Of a DNA stretch of 64,000 nucleotides, positions 19,266 through 28,281 are shown one piece after another; position 1 is the first letter of the stretch; the number at the start of each line of letters is the position of its first letter. The notes beneath the pieces are model-generated. The model was not told where the DNA came from, did no database searches, and saw nothing but the letters and a program-made list of their open reading frames with translations. The stretch is from Candidatus Pacearchaeota archaeon (GTDB lineage: Archaea; Nanobdellota; Nanobdellia; Pacearchaeales; GW2011-AR1), in assembly GCA_023144035.1 (NCBI GenBank), contig JAGLGM010000001.1:1091-65090 (forward strand). Direction: 5' to 3'. A program made the position numbers and the translations under genes.

Positions 19266-19634
19266 ATGCCATATACTAATCGTGCACTTGAATTTATTTT
19301 AAAAGAAGCTAAAAAGCATGGACAAGAAGGATGGTATGTTGATATTTTTGATGATGTTACAGATTTAGGTGAATTTGATATTTATGAAGCATTAGACACT
19401 TTCGATGAAGCTCATATAGATTTTCCATGTGTAAAATGTGAAAAACTTTTTGATGTTGAATATCTTAACCCACATGAACCTTATTTAAACCATTGTAGTA
19501 AATGTATTGAAGAAGAGGAACAAGAAAAAGGATTACAGAAATATTTTAACTCACTAAGAGAAAAAGGATTATTAGAAGAACACAGTGAATGGATAATAAA
19601 ATTATATCCTGAATTTCAAAAATATCTTAATTAA
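19266..19634 (+). CDS. hypothetical zinc-ribbon protein
   Basis: CVKC...CSKC pair. Confidence 0.4.
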   Translation: MPYTNRALEFILKEAKKHGQEGWYVDIFDDVTDLGEFDIYEALDTFDEAHIDFPCVKCEKLFDVEYLNPHEPYLNHCSKCIEEEEQEKGLQKYFNSLREKGLLEEHSEWIIKLYPEFQKYLN

Positions 19635-19676
19635 TTATAATAAACATTTAAAAAACTCTTTTAATTTATAACACAC

Positions 19677-20252
19677 ATGAAAAAGAGGAATTCAAAAAAG
19701 AATAAAACAATAACATTTATAATTGTATTAATTTTAATCTTAATTGCAGTATTTGGAGTTGTTAAATTAACTGGAAATTCTGTAGAAAATAAAATGACAA
19801 AAGTAACACTTGAAACAAATCACGGAAACATTGTAATTAATTTATATTCTGATATGCCAATAACAACAGGAAACTTTGAAAAACTTGTTAAAGATGGTTT
19901 TTATGACAATGTTATATTTCACAGAATAATTGATGGTTTTATGCTTCAAGGTGGAGACCCAACTGGAACAGGAGCAGGAGGACCAGGATATAATATTGAA
20001 GATGAATTTACTCATGCAGGTGGAAACAAAAATGACCATGGAACAATATCAATGGCAAATGCAGGACCAAACACTGGAGGCAGTCAATTTTTTATTAATT
20101 TAGTAGACAATAATTTCTTGGATACAAAACACCCAGTATTTGGAAAAGTTGTAGAAGGAATGGATGTTGTTGATGCAATTGCAAAAGTTCCAAAAAATGC
20201 TCAAGACAAACCTTTAGAAGATGTTATAATTATCAAAGCTATTGTTAACTAA
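19677..20252 (+). CDS. cyclophilin-type peptidyl-prolyl cis-trans isomerase with N-terminal TM anchor
   Basis: FHRIIDGFMLQGGDP...GGSQFFINL signature of cyclophilins. Confidence 0.85.
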   Translation: MKKRNSKKNKTITFIIVLILILIAVFGVVKLTGNSVENKMTKVTLETNHGNIVINLYSDMPITTGNFEKLVKDGFYDNVIFHRIIDGFMLQGGDPTGTGAGGPGYNIEDEFTHAGGNKNDHGTISMANAGPNTGGSQFFINLVDNNFLDTKHPVFGKVVEGMDVVDAIAKVPKNAQDKPLEDVIIIKAIVN

Positions 20253-20253
20253 T
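20205..20253. repeat. 49-bp direct repeat copy 1 (3' end of cyclophilin gene)
   Basis: gacaaacctttagaagatgttataattatcaaagctattgttaactaat identical to 21333..21381; 20-bp subcopy at 20654..20673. Confidence 0.85.
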
Positions 20254-20279
20254 AATAATTCTTAAAAAGAATAAACAGC

Positions 20280-20672
20280 TTGAATTTTTATATGGATGTT
20301 ATCTACATGAAATCACCTAGTGAAATAGATTACTATATTGTAAATAAAAATTTTATGGAAATAATTTCTATTTCTAAAGATTATCTTTTTGTAATGGCCG
20401 AAGATGAAGCCATAACAGAGGGAGCTTATAAAACAATCAATATAAATAAAAAGATTTTTGAAAAAATGAAAAATCTTGCAATAGATAATAAAAGAAAGGA
20501 ACTAACAGATATTTTAAAAGAGGTTCACAATAAAAACAAAGAAATCTTAGAAAATCCACACTTACAACTAAGGATAGAAGAATCAAGATATGATCATAAT
20601 TCTGAACAGCTCGAACAAAAAAAACAAAGTTTCATAGACCACTATAAAAAAAGCAAAGCTATTGTTAACTAA
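20280..20672 (+). CDS. hypothetical protein (ends in 20-bp repeat, C-terminus KAIVN shared with cyclophilin)
   Basis: 130-aa ORF inside repeat-bounded cassette. Confidence 0.4.
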   Translation: MNFYMDVIYMKSPSEIDYYIVNKNFMEIISISKDYLFVMAEDEAITEGAYKTININKKIFEKMKNLAIDNKRKELTDILKEVHNKNKEILENPHLQLRIEESRYDHNSEQLEQKKQSFIDHYKKSKAIVN

Positions 20673-21014
20673 TTATAATAATTTAATTGTCTTTAATTCT
20701 TCTTTTAAATAAGTAATTCTTTTCACCACAATCCCCCAAATCCTATCCAAACCAACTTCAAAATAAGAATGAATAAGAATGTTTTTGAAATTTGAAAGTT
20801 CTTCCCAAGGAAATGATTTATTAATATCTCTAACTGATTTTGGAATATTTTTAACAGCTTCTCCAATAATTTCTAATCTTCTAATTACTGCATCTTGTAA
20901 TTTTGTATCTTCTTTAAATTGTTCTTTGGAGACACCTTTTGTATATTCTTCAAGTTTATCTAAACATTCTTTTATATCTCCAAGAAATAATTTATAATTT
21001 CTACTCTTTCTCAT
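20673..21014 (-). CDS. hepT: HepT (DUF86, HEPN) toxin
   Basis: RRLEIIGEAVKNIP and KNILIHSY (Rx4HxY-type) motifs; overlaps upstream MntA gene. Confidence 0.7.
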   Translation of the reverse strand: MRKSRNYKLFLGDIKECLDKLEEYTKGVSKEQFKEDTKLQDAVIRRLEIIGEAVKNIPKSVRDINKSFPWEELSNFKNILIHSYFEVGLDRIWGIVVKRITYLKEELKTIKLL

Positions 21015-21315
21015 AAATTAATACCTCTTCTTTTAGAATAGGGTTTTTTAATTCAGATCTAATTGTTTCATATTCAACTAAATCCACTTTTTTTTTAAGA
21101 ACTTTTTCTAATTCAATTTTAATTCTAATAACATCCAATAAATCGATATCTTTTTCTAGCTCAACTAAAAGATCCACATCACTATTCTTTTTTTGTTCCC
21201 CACGAACATAACTCCCAAAAATCCCTGCTTTGATTACATTATTTTTTATAAGAATAGGAAGTATTATTTTTCTAATTTCTTGAACTGAATTAACCATATA
21301 AACAATAAATAACAC
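21001..21315 (-). CDS. mntA: MntA minimal nucleotidyltransferase antitoxin
   Basis: GSYVRGEQKKNSDVDLLVEL = GSx(9-13)DxD NTase motif. Confidence 0.75.
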   Translation of the reverse strand: MLFIVYMVNSVQEIRKIILPILIKNNVIKAGIFGSYVRGEQKKNSDVDLLVELEKDIDLLDVIRIKIELEKVLKKKVDLVEYETIRSELKNPILKEEVLIYEKE

Positions 21316-21332
21316 AAGTTTTTAAGTTTATT

Positions 21333-21381
21333 GACAAACCTTTAGAAGATGTTATAATTATCAAAGCTATTGTTAACTAAT
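21333..21381. repeat. 49-bp direct repeat copy 2
   Basis: identical to 20205..20253. Confidence 0.85.
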
Positions 21382-21605
21382 TCTTTTCTCATCTCATAAC
21401 CATATGATTCAACATTATCTTTTTGTTGTTTTTTTAAACATGAATTAGCACAACAATAAAGAAGAATAAATGCCATTCCAATCCCAAATGAAGATACCAA
21501 ACGCTTTTTTCTAACTTTTTTCTCAAGTGGATTTACACGTTTCTCTTTACTAACTTTAAATCTATCATCAATTTTATGTGAAAAGTTTTTACCTACGTAT
21601 ATCAT
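21342..21605 (-). CDS. small hypothetical membrane protein (C-terminus read through repeat)
   Basis: 87-aa ORF; last 12 codons lie inside repeat copy 2. Confidence 0.25.
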   Translation of the reverse strand: MIYVGKNFSHKIDDRFKVSKEKRVNPLEKKVRKKRLVSSFGIGMAFILLYCCANSCLKKQQKDNVESYGYEMRKELVNNSFDNYNIF

Positions 21606-21749
21606 TTTTCATAAAAGAATCCATCTCCTTGAACATTTTGTCCATAATTAAAAAAATAAGAAATAATTCTTTTTAATTATTTGTATTCTATTAAGACAAT
21701 TCTATTATTATACAAAAACATTTAAATATCTCTTACATTTAAATAAATC

Positions 21750-22109
21750 ATGGAAAAAGATATTGGAAAAATAAACAAAGGAGAATTTCAAGGTTCTGTA
21801 ACTGAAATAGTTGTTGGAATCAGAGAATACAAAGGCAGAGTTGGTATTGACATAAGAGAATTTGTTACAGGTGAAAAATATACTGGTCCTACAAAAAAAG
21901 GATTAAGAATCCCTGCAGATAATTTTCAGGAATTTAAAGAAATGGTTAATTCTATAGATGAAGCAGATTTACAACCTTCTGAACCTAGCTCTGAAGAAAA
22001 TCTAGAACAACCTGCAGACCAAGAAACTTTAGATAAAAAACCAGCAGAAGATACACCTAAAGAAGACTCTAAAGAAAAAGAGCCTGATGCAGAAATGCCT
22101 GATTATTAG
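21750..22109 (+). CDS. PC4/Sub1-like ssDNA-binding domain protein with acidic tail
   Basis: GRVGIDIREFV...GPTKKGLRIPADNFQEF resembles PC4 C-terminal domain (IDIREYW...KGISL). Confidence 0.5.
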   Translation: MEKDIGKINKGEFQGSVTEIVVGIREYKGRVGIDIREFVTGEKYTGPTKKGLRIPADNFQEFKEMVNSIDEADLQPSEPSSEENLEQPADQETLDKKPAEDTPKEDSKEKEPDAEMPDY

Positions 22110-22236
22110 TTATTCTAAAAGATTTTTTAGAATAGAATTTAACTAATAAATAAAATGTATTTCCAATAGTTTTGTAACTACTTTTAAATGAAAAATATAT
22201 AGGAAGATTTATAAACAACATAATTCTCAAAAAATC

Positions 22237-23286
22237 ATGATAAGCTTAAAAAAATATGTAAACAAAAGCACATTTCCAGTATCACTATTAAACATAAATA
22301 AAATAGTTGGGAAAAACCAAAATAGCTACATCTTCTCAATTGCAAACATTGCAAATAAAATTAAAGGTAATCAAAAGATATGGGGAATCAATGCTTTTAA
22401 TTATGCTAAAGAAGTTGGAGAAACTCAAGTAGCAGGAGCTAATGCTTTTAATTATGCTAAAGAAGTTGGAGAAATTCAATGGGCACTATTTAATGGAGCA
22501 AATATTGCTAAAGAAGTTAAAGAAAATCAAATAGCAGGAGCTAATGTTTTTAATTATGCTGAAGAAGTTGGAGAAATTCAATGGGCACTATTTAATGGAG
22601 CAAATATTGCAAATAAAATTAAAGACAATCAAAAGACATGGGGAATCAATGCTTTTAATTATGCTAAAGAAGTTGGAAGGGATCAAGGAGCAGGAGCTAA
22701 TGTTTTTAATTATGCTGAAGAAGTTGGAAGGGATCAAGGAGCAGTAATCTTTACATTACTTAATTATGCTAAAGAAGTTGGAGAAAATCAAGGGTCAGTC
22801 TTTAATGCTTTTAATTATGCTGAAGAAGTTGGAAGGGATCAAGGAGCAGTAATTAATGGAGCAAATATTGCTAAAGAAGTTGGAAGAGATCAAGGAGCAG
22901 TAATTAATGGAGCAAATATTGCTAAAGAAGTTGGAAGAGATCAAGGGCCAGTAATCTTTACATTACTTAATTATGCTAATAAAGCAAAAAAGCAAAAAAA
23001 TGCTTTAGTTAATATTACTAAGTCTACAGGAACAAAACAAAAAGGAGTAATTAATTATTCTCCTTTAACGGGAATTAACTTATGGCAAGATCTTCCATCT
23101 AAAATAAATTCTGCAAAAAAGAAATTTGAAAAAAAATATTTAACTCTTGAAGATAATATCAAAGAAGAAGTAATAAATGATTTAGCAAATTCTAAACAAG
23201 GTTTAATAAAATCTCTTTTTAATTACAATACAAAAAGAAATTTAGTAAAAAGAGAAGCAAGAAAATATTTGATGAACAATAAATAA
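22237..23286 (+). CDS. tandem-repeat protein (~18-20-aa units GANxxNYAKEVG...)
   Basis: About 12 units of 54-60 bp, some adjacent units identical over 54 bp (22852..22959). Confidence 0.5.
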   Translation: MISLKKYVNKSTFPVSLLNINKIVGKNQNSYIFSIANIANKIKGNQKIWGINAFNYAKEVGETQVAGANAFNYAKEVGEIQWALFNGANIAKEVKENQIAGANVFNYAEEVGEIQWALFNGANIANKIKDNQKTWGINAFNYAKEVGRDQGAGANVFNYAEEVGRDQGAVIFTLLNYAKEVGENQGSVFNAFNYAEEVGRDQGAVINGANIAKEVGRDQGAVINGANIAKEVGRDQGPVIFTLLNYANKAKKQKNALVNITKSTGTKQKGVINYSPLTGINLWQDLPSKINSAKKKFEKKYLTLEDNIKEEVINDLANSKQGLIKSLFNYNTKRNLVKREARKYLMNNK

Positions 23287-23467
23287 TTATATTTTAAAAC
23301 TTAATTCTAAGTATTTTGAATAAGTATTCAAAAGGAAATGTAAAACTTCCATTTGTCCTCGAACTATTTAAAATTTTCAAAAATAAAACAAAACATTTAA
23401 ATAGTATTATGAATATGTATTCATAACGTATAACGTTACAAAATAAATAAATTAGGAGAAATAAAAA

Positions 23468-23638
23468 ATGCCAAATAAAGACAAAACAGGACCAGAAAGA
23501 AAAGGACCTAAAACAGGAAAACAGCTTGGAAATTGTGAAGGAGCAGAACCTAATGAAACTGCACCAAGAAACGAAGCTGGAAGAAGACCTAGAAGAAACT
23601 TAGGAAGAGGATTAGGTAGAGGAAGACAAGATGCCTAG
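23468..23638 (+). CDS. small Gly/Arg-rich protein, DUF5320-like
   Basis: MPNKDKTGPERKGPKTGKQLGNCEG... matches MPxxDxTGP...GPxTG...C pattern; overlaps start of DUF134 gene. Confidence 0.4.
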   Translation: MPNKDKTGPERKGPKTGKQLGNCEGAEPNETAPRNEAGRRPRRNLGRGLGRGRQDA

Positions 23639-23909
23639 ACCCTGTAAAAGAAGGAGAGTAAGGGGCCGGCCAAACTCTTCTTATTTCAAACCAGCAGGAA
23701 TTCCTATAAATTCTTTAAAAGAATCTATCTTAACTTTAGATGAATTTGAAGCTATAAGATTAATTGATCTTGAAGAAGTCTCACAAGAAAAAGCTGCAGA
23801 CAAAATGCAAATCTCTCAACCTACTTTATCAAGAATATTAAAATCTGCAAGAAAAAAAATATCTGACTCATTAATTAATGGAAAAGCAATTAAGATAGAA
23901 AAGAATTGA
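23631..23909 (+). CDS. DUF134/UPF0251 predicted DNA-binding protein
   Basis: MPRPCKRRRVRGRP...FKPAGIP...LTLDEFEAIRLIDLEEVSQEKAADKMQISQPTLSRIL. Confidence 0.6.
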   Translation: MPRPCKRRRVRGRPNSSYFKPAGIPINSLKESILTLDEFEAIRLIDLEEVSQEKAADKMQISQPTLSRILKSARKKISDSLINGKAIKIEKN

Positions 23910-23957
23910 AACTAATTTCTTCCAAACATTTAAAAAAAGAATTCAATAATTATATTA

Positions 23958-24293
23958 ATGAAAAAAAGAAGTTGGGTGACAGCAATAGTTATTTTTATAG
24001 TTATAATTTTAGCAATTATGATTATGACTAAACCTCATCCTGAAACAAATATGGAAGTAGCAAAATGTATTGGAGAAAATTCAAAATTATATATTCAATT
24101 AGGATGTCATGCTTGTGAGCTTCAAGAAGATATGTTTGGAGACAATTATCAATATTTAACTGTAATTGATTGTTGGTTTGAAAGTGATAAATGTGTTGGA
24201 ATTGAAGTTACTCCAACTTGGATAATTAAAGGAAGTAAATATACTGGGATTCAAGAAATCTCAACCTTACAAGAACTAACAGGATGTACATAA
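23958..24293 (+). CDS. membrane-anchored thioredoxin-like protein (CHAC = CxxC)
   Basis: N-terminal TM then LGCHACE. Confidence 0.4.
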   Translation: MKKRSWVTAIVIFIVIILAIMIMTKPHPETNMEVAKCIGENSKLYIQLGCHACELQEDMFGDNYQYLTVIDCWFESDKCVGIEVTPTWIIKGSKYTGIQEISTLQELTGCT

Positions 24294-24294
24294 G

Positions 24295-24990
24295 ATGTCA
24301 GAAATTTTAAGAATAACAGGACTTGCACTTGCCGATGCTATAAACCCTTGTGCAATTGCAGTTTTAACAATGGTATTAGTTTCAATTTTAATTGAAAATC
24401 CAAAAGGAAAAAAAAGAGTATTATATTCTGGTTTAGCTTTTGTTTTAGCAGTTTATATTGGTTATTTTGTTTATGGAGGAATAATTGTTCAATTCTTTAG
24501 AGTTTTTGGAACTTTCCTAAGAGTAAATTCAATATATGTTTACAAAGGGCTTGCTTTCTTAGCAATGATATTAGGTGCACTAAACATAAAAGATTTCTTT
24601 TATTATAAAAAAGGAAGTTTTGCAACTGAAATGCCTTTATTTATGAGGCCAAAAGTGAAAAAAATTATTGGAAAAATAACTTCACCAAAAGGAGCATTTA
24701 TAATCGGATTTATTGTAACACTTTTCTTACTTCCATGTACAATGGGACCTTTAGTAATAGCAGGAGGATCTATTGCTGAATTAAGTTTCATTGCATCATC
24801 AGCTTGGCTACTTTACTATAATTTATTATTTGTTCTACCAATGTTAGCAATAACTTTAATTGTTTATTTTGGATTTTCAAAAGTTGAAGATGTTTCTGGT
24901 TGGAAAGAAAGAAACATAAAGAAACTACATCTTATCGCAGGATTATTATTATTCCTTATGGGAGTAGCTTTATTAATCGGTTGGATATAA
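24295..24990 (+). CDS. CcdA/DsbD-like disulfide-transfer membrane protein
   Basis: 6 TM, conserved Cys in TM1 (AINPCAI) and TM4 (LLPCTMGP) as in CcdA family; start 2 nt after thioredoxin-like gene. Confidence 0.45.
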   Translation: MSEILRITGLALADAINPCAIAVLTMVLVSILIENPKGKKRVLYSGLAFVLAVYIGYFVYGGIIVQFFRVFGTFLRVNSIYVYKGLAFLAMILGALNIKDFFYYKKGSFATEMPLFMRPKVKKIIGKITSPKGAFIIGFIVTLFLLPCTMGPLVIAGGSIAELSFIASSAWLLYYNLLFVLPMLAITLIVYFGFSKVEDVSGWKERNIKKLHLIAGLLLFLMGVALLIGWI

Positions 24991-25011
24991 AAATATTTAA
25001 AAATTATTACA

Positions 25012-25308
25012 TCAATAACTAGGCATTAATTTATTGTGTCCAAATTGAATAACTAAATCTATGTTGGGTTTTATCTTTTCTATTCCAACAGGAGTATCAC
25101 AAGCTCCAAAACAACTTCCAAGCCAAATTAGAAATTCTGCTTTTGTCTGTTCTTCAAGATAATCTACAATAGCAGTTGCATATTGTTTAAGTCCATCTGG
25201 AAATTGAAGCAAGACTAATTTTGCTTTTGCTTTTCTTATTTTACCGACGACAACTTCTAATTCTAAATTATATTTTTCTTCTAGTTCTACTAATGTTTTT
25301 TTCCTCAT
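25012..25308 (-). pseudogene. Dph2 (diphthamide synthesis) N-terminal fragment only, 98 aa
   Basis: LVLLQFPDGL...IWLGSCFGACD...LVIQFGHNKL matches Dph2 N-terminus; full-length Dph2 is ~330 aa, ORF stops after 98. Confidence 0.4.
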
Positions 25309-25431
25309 AGAAAATCAAGTTTTACTTTATTTTTATAATTTTTGGCCACATTAAAAACCTTAATTTTGTTGCCATTTTATAATAAAGATATTAAATAGAA
25401 AGCTTTAAATATCCAATAAAACTCTATATTC

Positions 25432-25620
25432 TGTCTCACTTCGGTGGGGCATGGAGAGTTTTGGACTTCGGTTCTTTGCTCTCCACTTATATTCATTTGG
25501 CTTCGGTCAAGTGATCGGGAGGGATTAGACTTCGGTTTTTTCTTTCCCACTTATATTCATTTGGCTTCGGTCAAGTGATCGGGGGTTAGACTTCGGTTTT
25601 TCTCCCACCTATATTCTTTC
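25432..25620. repeat. tandem 61-64-bp repeat (about 2.5 units) with multiple C-UUCG-G hairpins
   Basis: units start at 25464, 25528, 25589; shared core gacttcggtt...ccacttatattcatttggcttcggtcaagtgatcggg; GC-rich relative to surroundings. Confidence 0.7.
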
Positions 25621-25662
25621 AATTTTCAAAAGATTTTTAACTGATTTATCTCTATCTTTTCT

Positions 25663-27465
25663 ATGACAACCCAAACAAAAACCAGACAACCCATAGTAAC
25701 TGTATGTGGACATGTTGATCATGGAAAAACATCTATCCTAGACTGTCTTAGAAATAGCTGTGTCCAAGAAGGAGAAAAAGGAGGAATAACTCAAAGAATA
25801 TCCTTTACTTCATATCCTATGAGCCAGATGAAAACTGCTTGCCCTTTAATAGATAGTTCAGGTATAAAAATAAACATTCCTGGATTCTTATTAATTGATA
25901 CTCCTGGACATGCTGCTTTTACAAATTTAAGAAAAAGAGGAGGAAGTTTAGCTGATTTAGCAATATTAGTAATTGATATAAATGAAGGTATAAAACCTCA
26001 AACAGCAGAAGTAATTCAAATTCTAAAACTTCATAAAACTCCTTTTATAATTGCTTTAAATAAAATAGACAATATTTCTGGTTGGAGGCCTCCATCTTCA
26101 GAGGTCATCCCAGGGGGAAGAAAACAAGATAAAGATTTAAAGAAAAATATTGAATCTCAATCTCAAAATATTAAACAAACTTTTGATGAAAGATACATGT
26201 CTTTAATAGGTGCTTTACACAGCCATGGATTTGATTCAGATTTATTTTATAATATCAAAGATTTTTCAAAAAAAATAGCATTAGTACCTTGTTCTGCAAG
26301 AACTCATGAAGGAATTCCAGAATTAATAATGATGTTGTGTGGTTTAAGTCAAAAATATTTAGCAGACAAACTAATATTAGGAAAAGATGCAAAAGGAGTT
26401 ATGTTAGAGATTAAAAAAGAAAAATCAACTAATTATATTGAATCAATATTATATGATGGAGTATTATCAAAAACAGATGAAATAGCTATTGCAAATCTTG
26501 AAGGAGAGCCTATTATTACTAAAATCAGAATTCTTGAAGAAATAGAACCTTTATGTTTTAAATTTAAACCAAAAGAGAAGGTTCAAGCTTCAACAGGATT
26601 AAGGCTACAACTTATTAATCCAAAAGGAATTTCCTCTGGAGAAAAAACAGAGATTCTTCCTGGCATGCCTTTTGTACTCTATAAAGGAAATAAAGAAAAA
26701 ATAAAAGAAACTTTCAAAAAAGAAGTTTCTGAAAGCATTAAAACAGATAAACAAGGAATCATAGCAAAAGCAGATTCATTAGGAAGTTTAGAAGCTCTTT
26801 TAGCTTTATTAAAACAAGAAAAAATACCTGTTGTAAAAGCAGGAATTGGAAACATAAATAAAACAGATATAATCTCAGCAAAAGCAAATTTAGAAATTAA
26901 TGAATTAGATGCTGTAATTGTAGGATTTAATATTTCAATTGACGAAGAAGTAAAGGAAATGAAAGGAAATATTAAAATTCTAACAGAAGATGTTGTATAT
27001 AAATTAATTGAAAACATAACTGAATTTAGAGAAGAAAAAAGAAAAGAAATTGAGAAAAAAAGAATGATGGGATTAACAACGATTTGTAAACTTAAAATTT
27101 TACATCAACATATTTTTAGAAATACAAAACCAGCAATATTTGGAGTAAAAATAGAGGCAGGTAAATTAATTTCAGGATTAAATTTAATTAATGAAAAAAA
27201 TGAAAAAGTTGCAAGAGTTAAAAATATTCAATCTGAAAATAAATCTGTTCAAGAATCAAAAGAAGGTACAGAAGTAGCTATTTCACTTCCAGGAGTAAAT
27301 TATGAAAGGCAATTAAAAGATAATAATGTACTTTATTCAGAACTTGGAGAATCCCAATTTAGAAACTTCAAGAAAAACAAGGATTTACTTTCACAAAATG
27401 AAATAAAAATTTTGCAGGAAATAGCAGAACTTAAGCGAGAAACAAATGCTGATTGGGGACAATAA
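25663..27465 (+). CDS. infB: translation initiation factor aIF5B (IF2 homolog)
   Basis: G1 VCGHVDHGKTS, G3 DTPGHAAF, G4 NKID; 600 aa. Confidence 0.9.
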   Translation: MTTQTKTRQPIVTVCGHVDHGKTSILDCLRNSCVQEGEKGGITQRISFTSYPMSQMKTACPLIDSSGIKINIPGFLLIDTPGHAAFTNLRKRGGSLADLAILVIDINEGIKPQTAEVIQILKLHKTPFIIALNKIDNISGWRPPSSEVIPGGRKQDKDLKKNIESQSQNIKQTFDERYMSLIGALHSHGFDSDLFYNIKDFSKKIALVPCSARTHEGIPELIMMLCGLSQKYLADKLILGKDAKGVMLEIKKEKSTNYIESILYDGVLSKTDEIAIANLEGEPIITKIRILEEIEPLCFKFKPKEKVQASTGLRLQLINPKGISSGEKTEILPGMPFVLYKGNKEKIKETFKKEVSESIKTDKQGIIAKADSLGSLEALLALLKQEKIPVVKAGIGNINKTDIISAKANLEINELDAVIVGFNISIDEEVKEMKGNIKILTEDVVYKLIENITEFREEKRKEIEKKRMMGLTTICKLKILHQHIFRNTKPAIFGVKIEAGKLISGLNLINEKNEKVARVKNIQSENKSVQESKEGTEVAISLPGVNYERQLKDNNVLYSELGESQFRNFKKNKDLLSQNEIKILQEIAELKRETNADWGQ

Positions 27466-27495
27466 CTTTAAAAGTATTAATCACGATATAGAAAC

Positions 27496-28239
27496 ATGCC
27501 AAAAAAAGGTTTAAAAAAAACACTAATTATTTCTGTTACACTTATTATTATTGCAATAATAATTTTAATTGCTGTTAAAAATCCACTTGCAACAAATACA
27601 ATAAATGTTGAAGGTTCTGCGACAATTAATGTAATACCTAATTTAGTAACTATTTATTTTAATATAGAAACTTCAGGAGATACAACTGCAGAAGCAAGTG
27701 AAGCAAATACAGAAATTGTTGAAGAATTAAAAAATTCTTTAATTTCTTTAGGAATAGAAAAAGAAAACCTAATTACCCAAAATTATAATGTTTATCAAGA
27801 TTATGATTGGATTAATAATATAAGAATAGAAAAAGGATACAAAACAACACATTCTATAAAAATTGAGATTTGTACAGGAGAAACAGAAAAAATAGGAGAA
27901 ATTATAGATGCTGGAACTCAAGTGGGGGCTACAATTAATTATATAAATTTTGAACTAACTTCAGACTTACAAAACCAATATAAAGCAGAAGCAATGCATT
28001 TAGCAGCAGAAGATGCAAGAATGAAAGCAGAAGCAATAGCAGAAGGTTTAGATAAAAAAGTTGGAAGGCTTGTTTCAGTTTCTACAAGTAATTTTGATTA
28101 TTCTCCTTGGGGACTTTATGAATCAACAGGATTAGCTATGACAGAAAATGCAATAGAAGCAAAAGTTGCAACAACAAATATTCAACCAGGAGAACAAGAA
28201 ATCTACGGACAAATTACTGCTGTGTTTAAGTTAAGATAA
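27496..28239 (+). CDS. SIMPL/DUF541 domain protein with N-terminal TM anchor
   Basis: 247 aa; INVEGSATINVIPNLVTIYFNIETSGDTTAEASEAN... pattern of SIMPL domain. Confidence 0.55.
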   Translation: MPKKGLKKTLIISVTLIIIAIIILIAVKNPLATNTINVEGSATINVIPNLVTIYFNIETSGDTTAEASEANTEIVEELKNSLISLGIEKENLITQNYNVYQDYDWINNIRIEKGYKTTHSIKIEICTGETEKIGEIIDAGTQVGATINYINFELTSDLQNQYKAEAMHLAAEDARMKAEAIAEGLDKKVGRLVSVSTSNFDYSPWGLYESTGLAMTENAIEAKVATTNIQPGEQEIYGQITAVFKLR

Positions 28240-28281
28240 TTCTTTAACAAACTTTAAAAACCTCTTAAAATACAACTTAAT

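Noticed and set aside
22381-22980. Regular 54-60-bp repeats that could be mistaken for a CRISPR array.
   Set aside because: Repeats are contiguous without unique spacers, lie entirely inside one long ORF, and preserve the reading frame. They are coding tandem repeats.
26679-27017. Listed minus-strand ORF inside infB.
   Set aside because: Embedded in the well-supported aIF5B gene. Likely a spurious antisense ORF.
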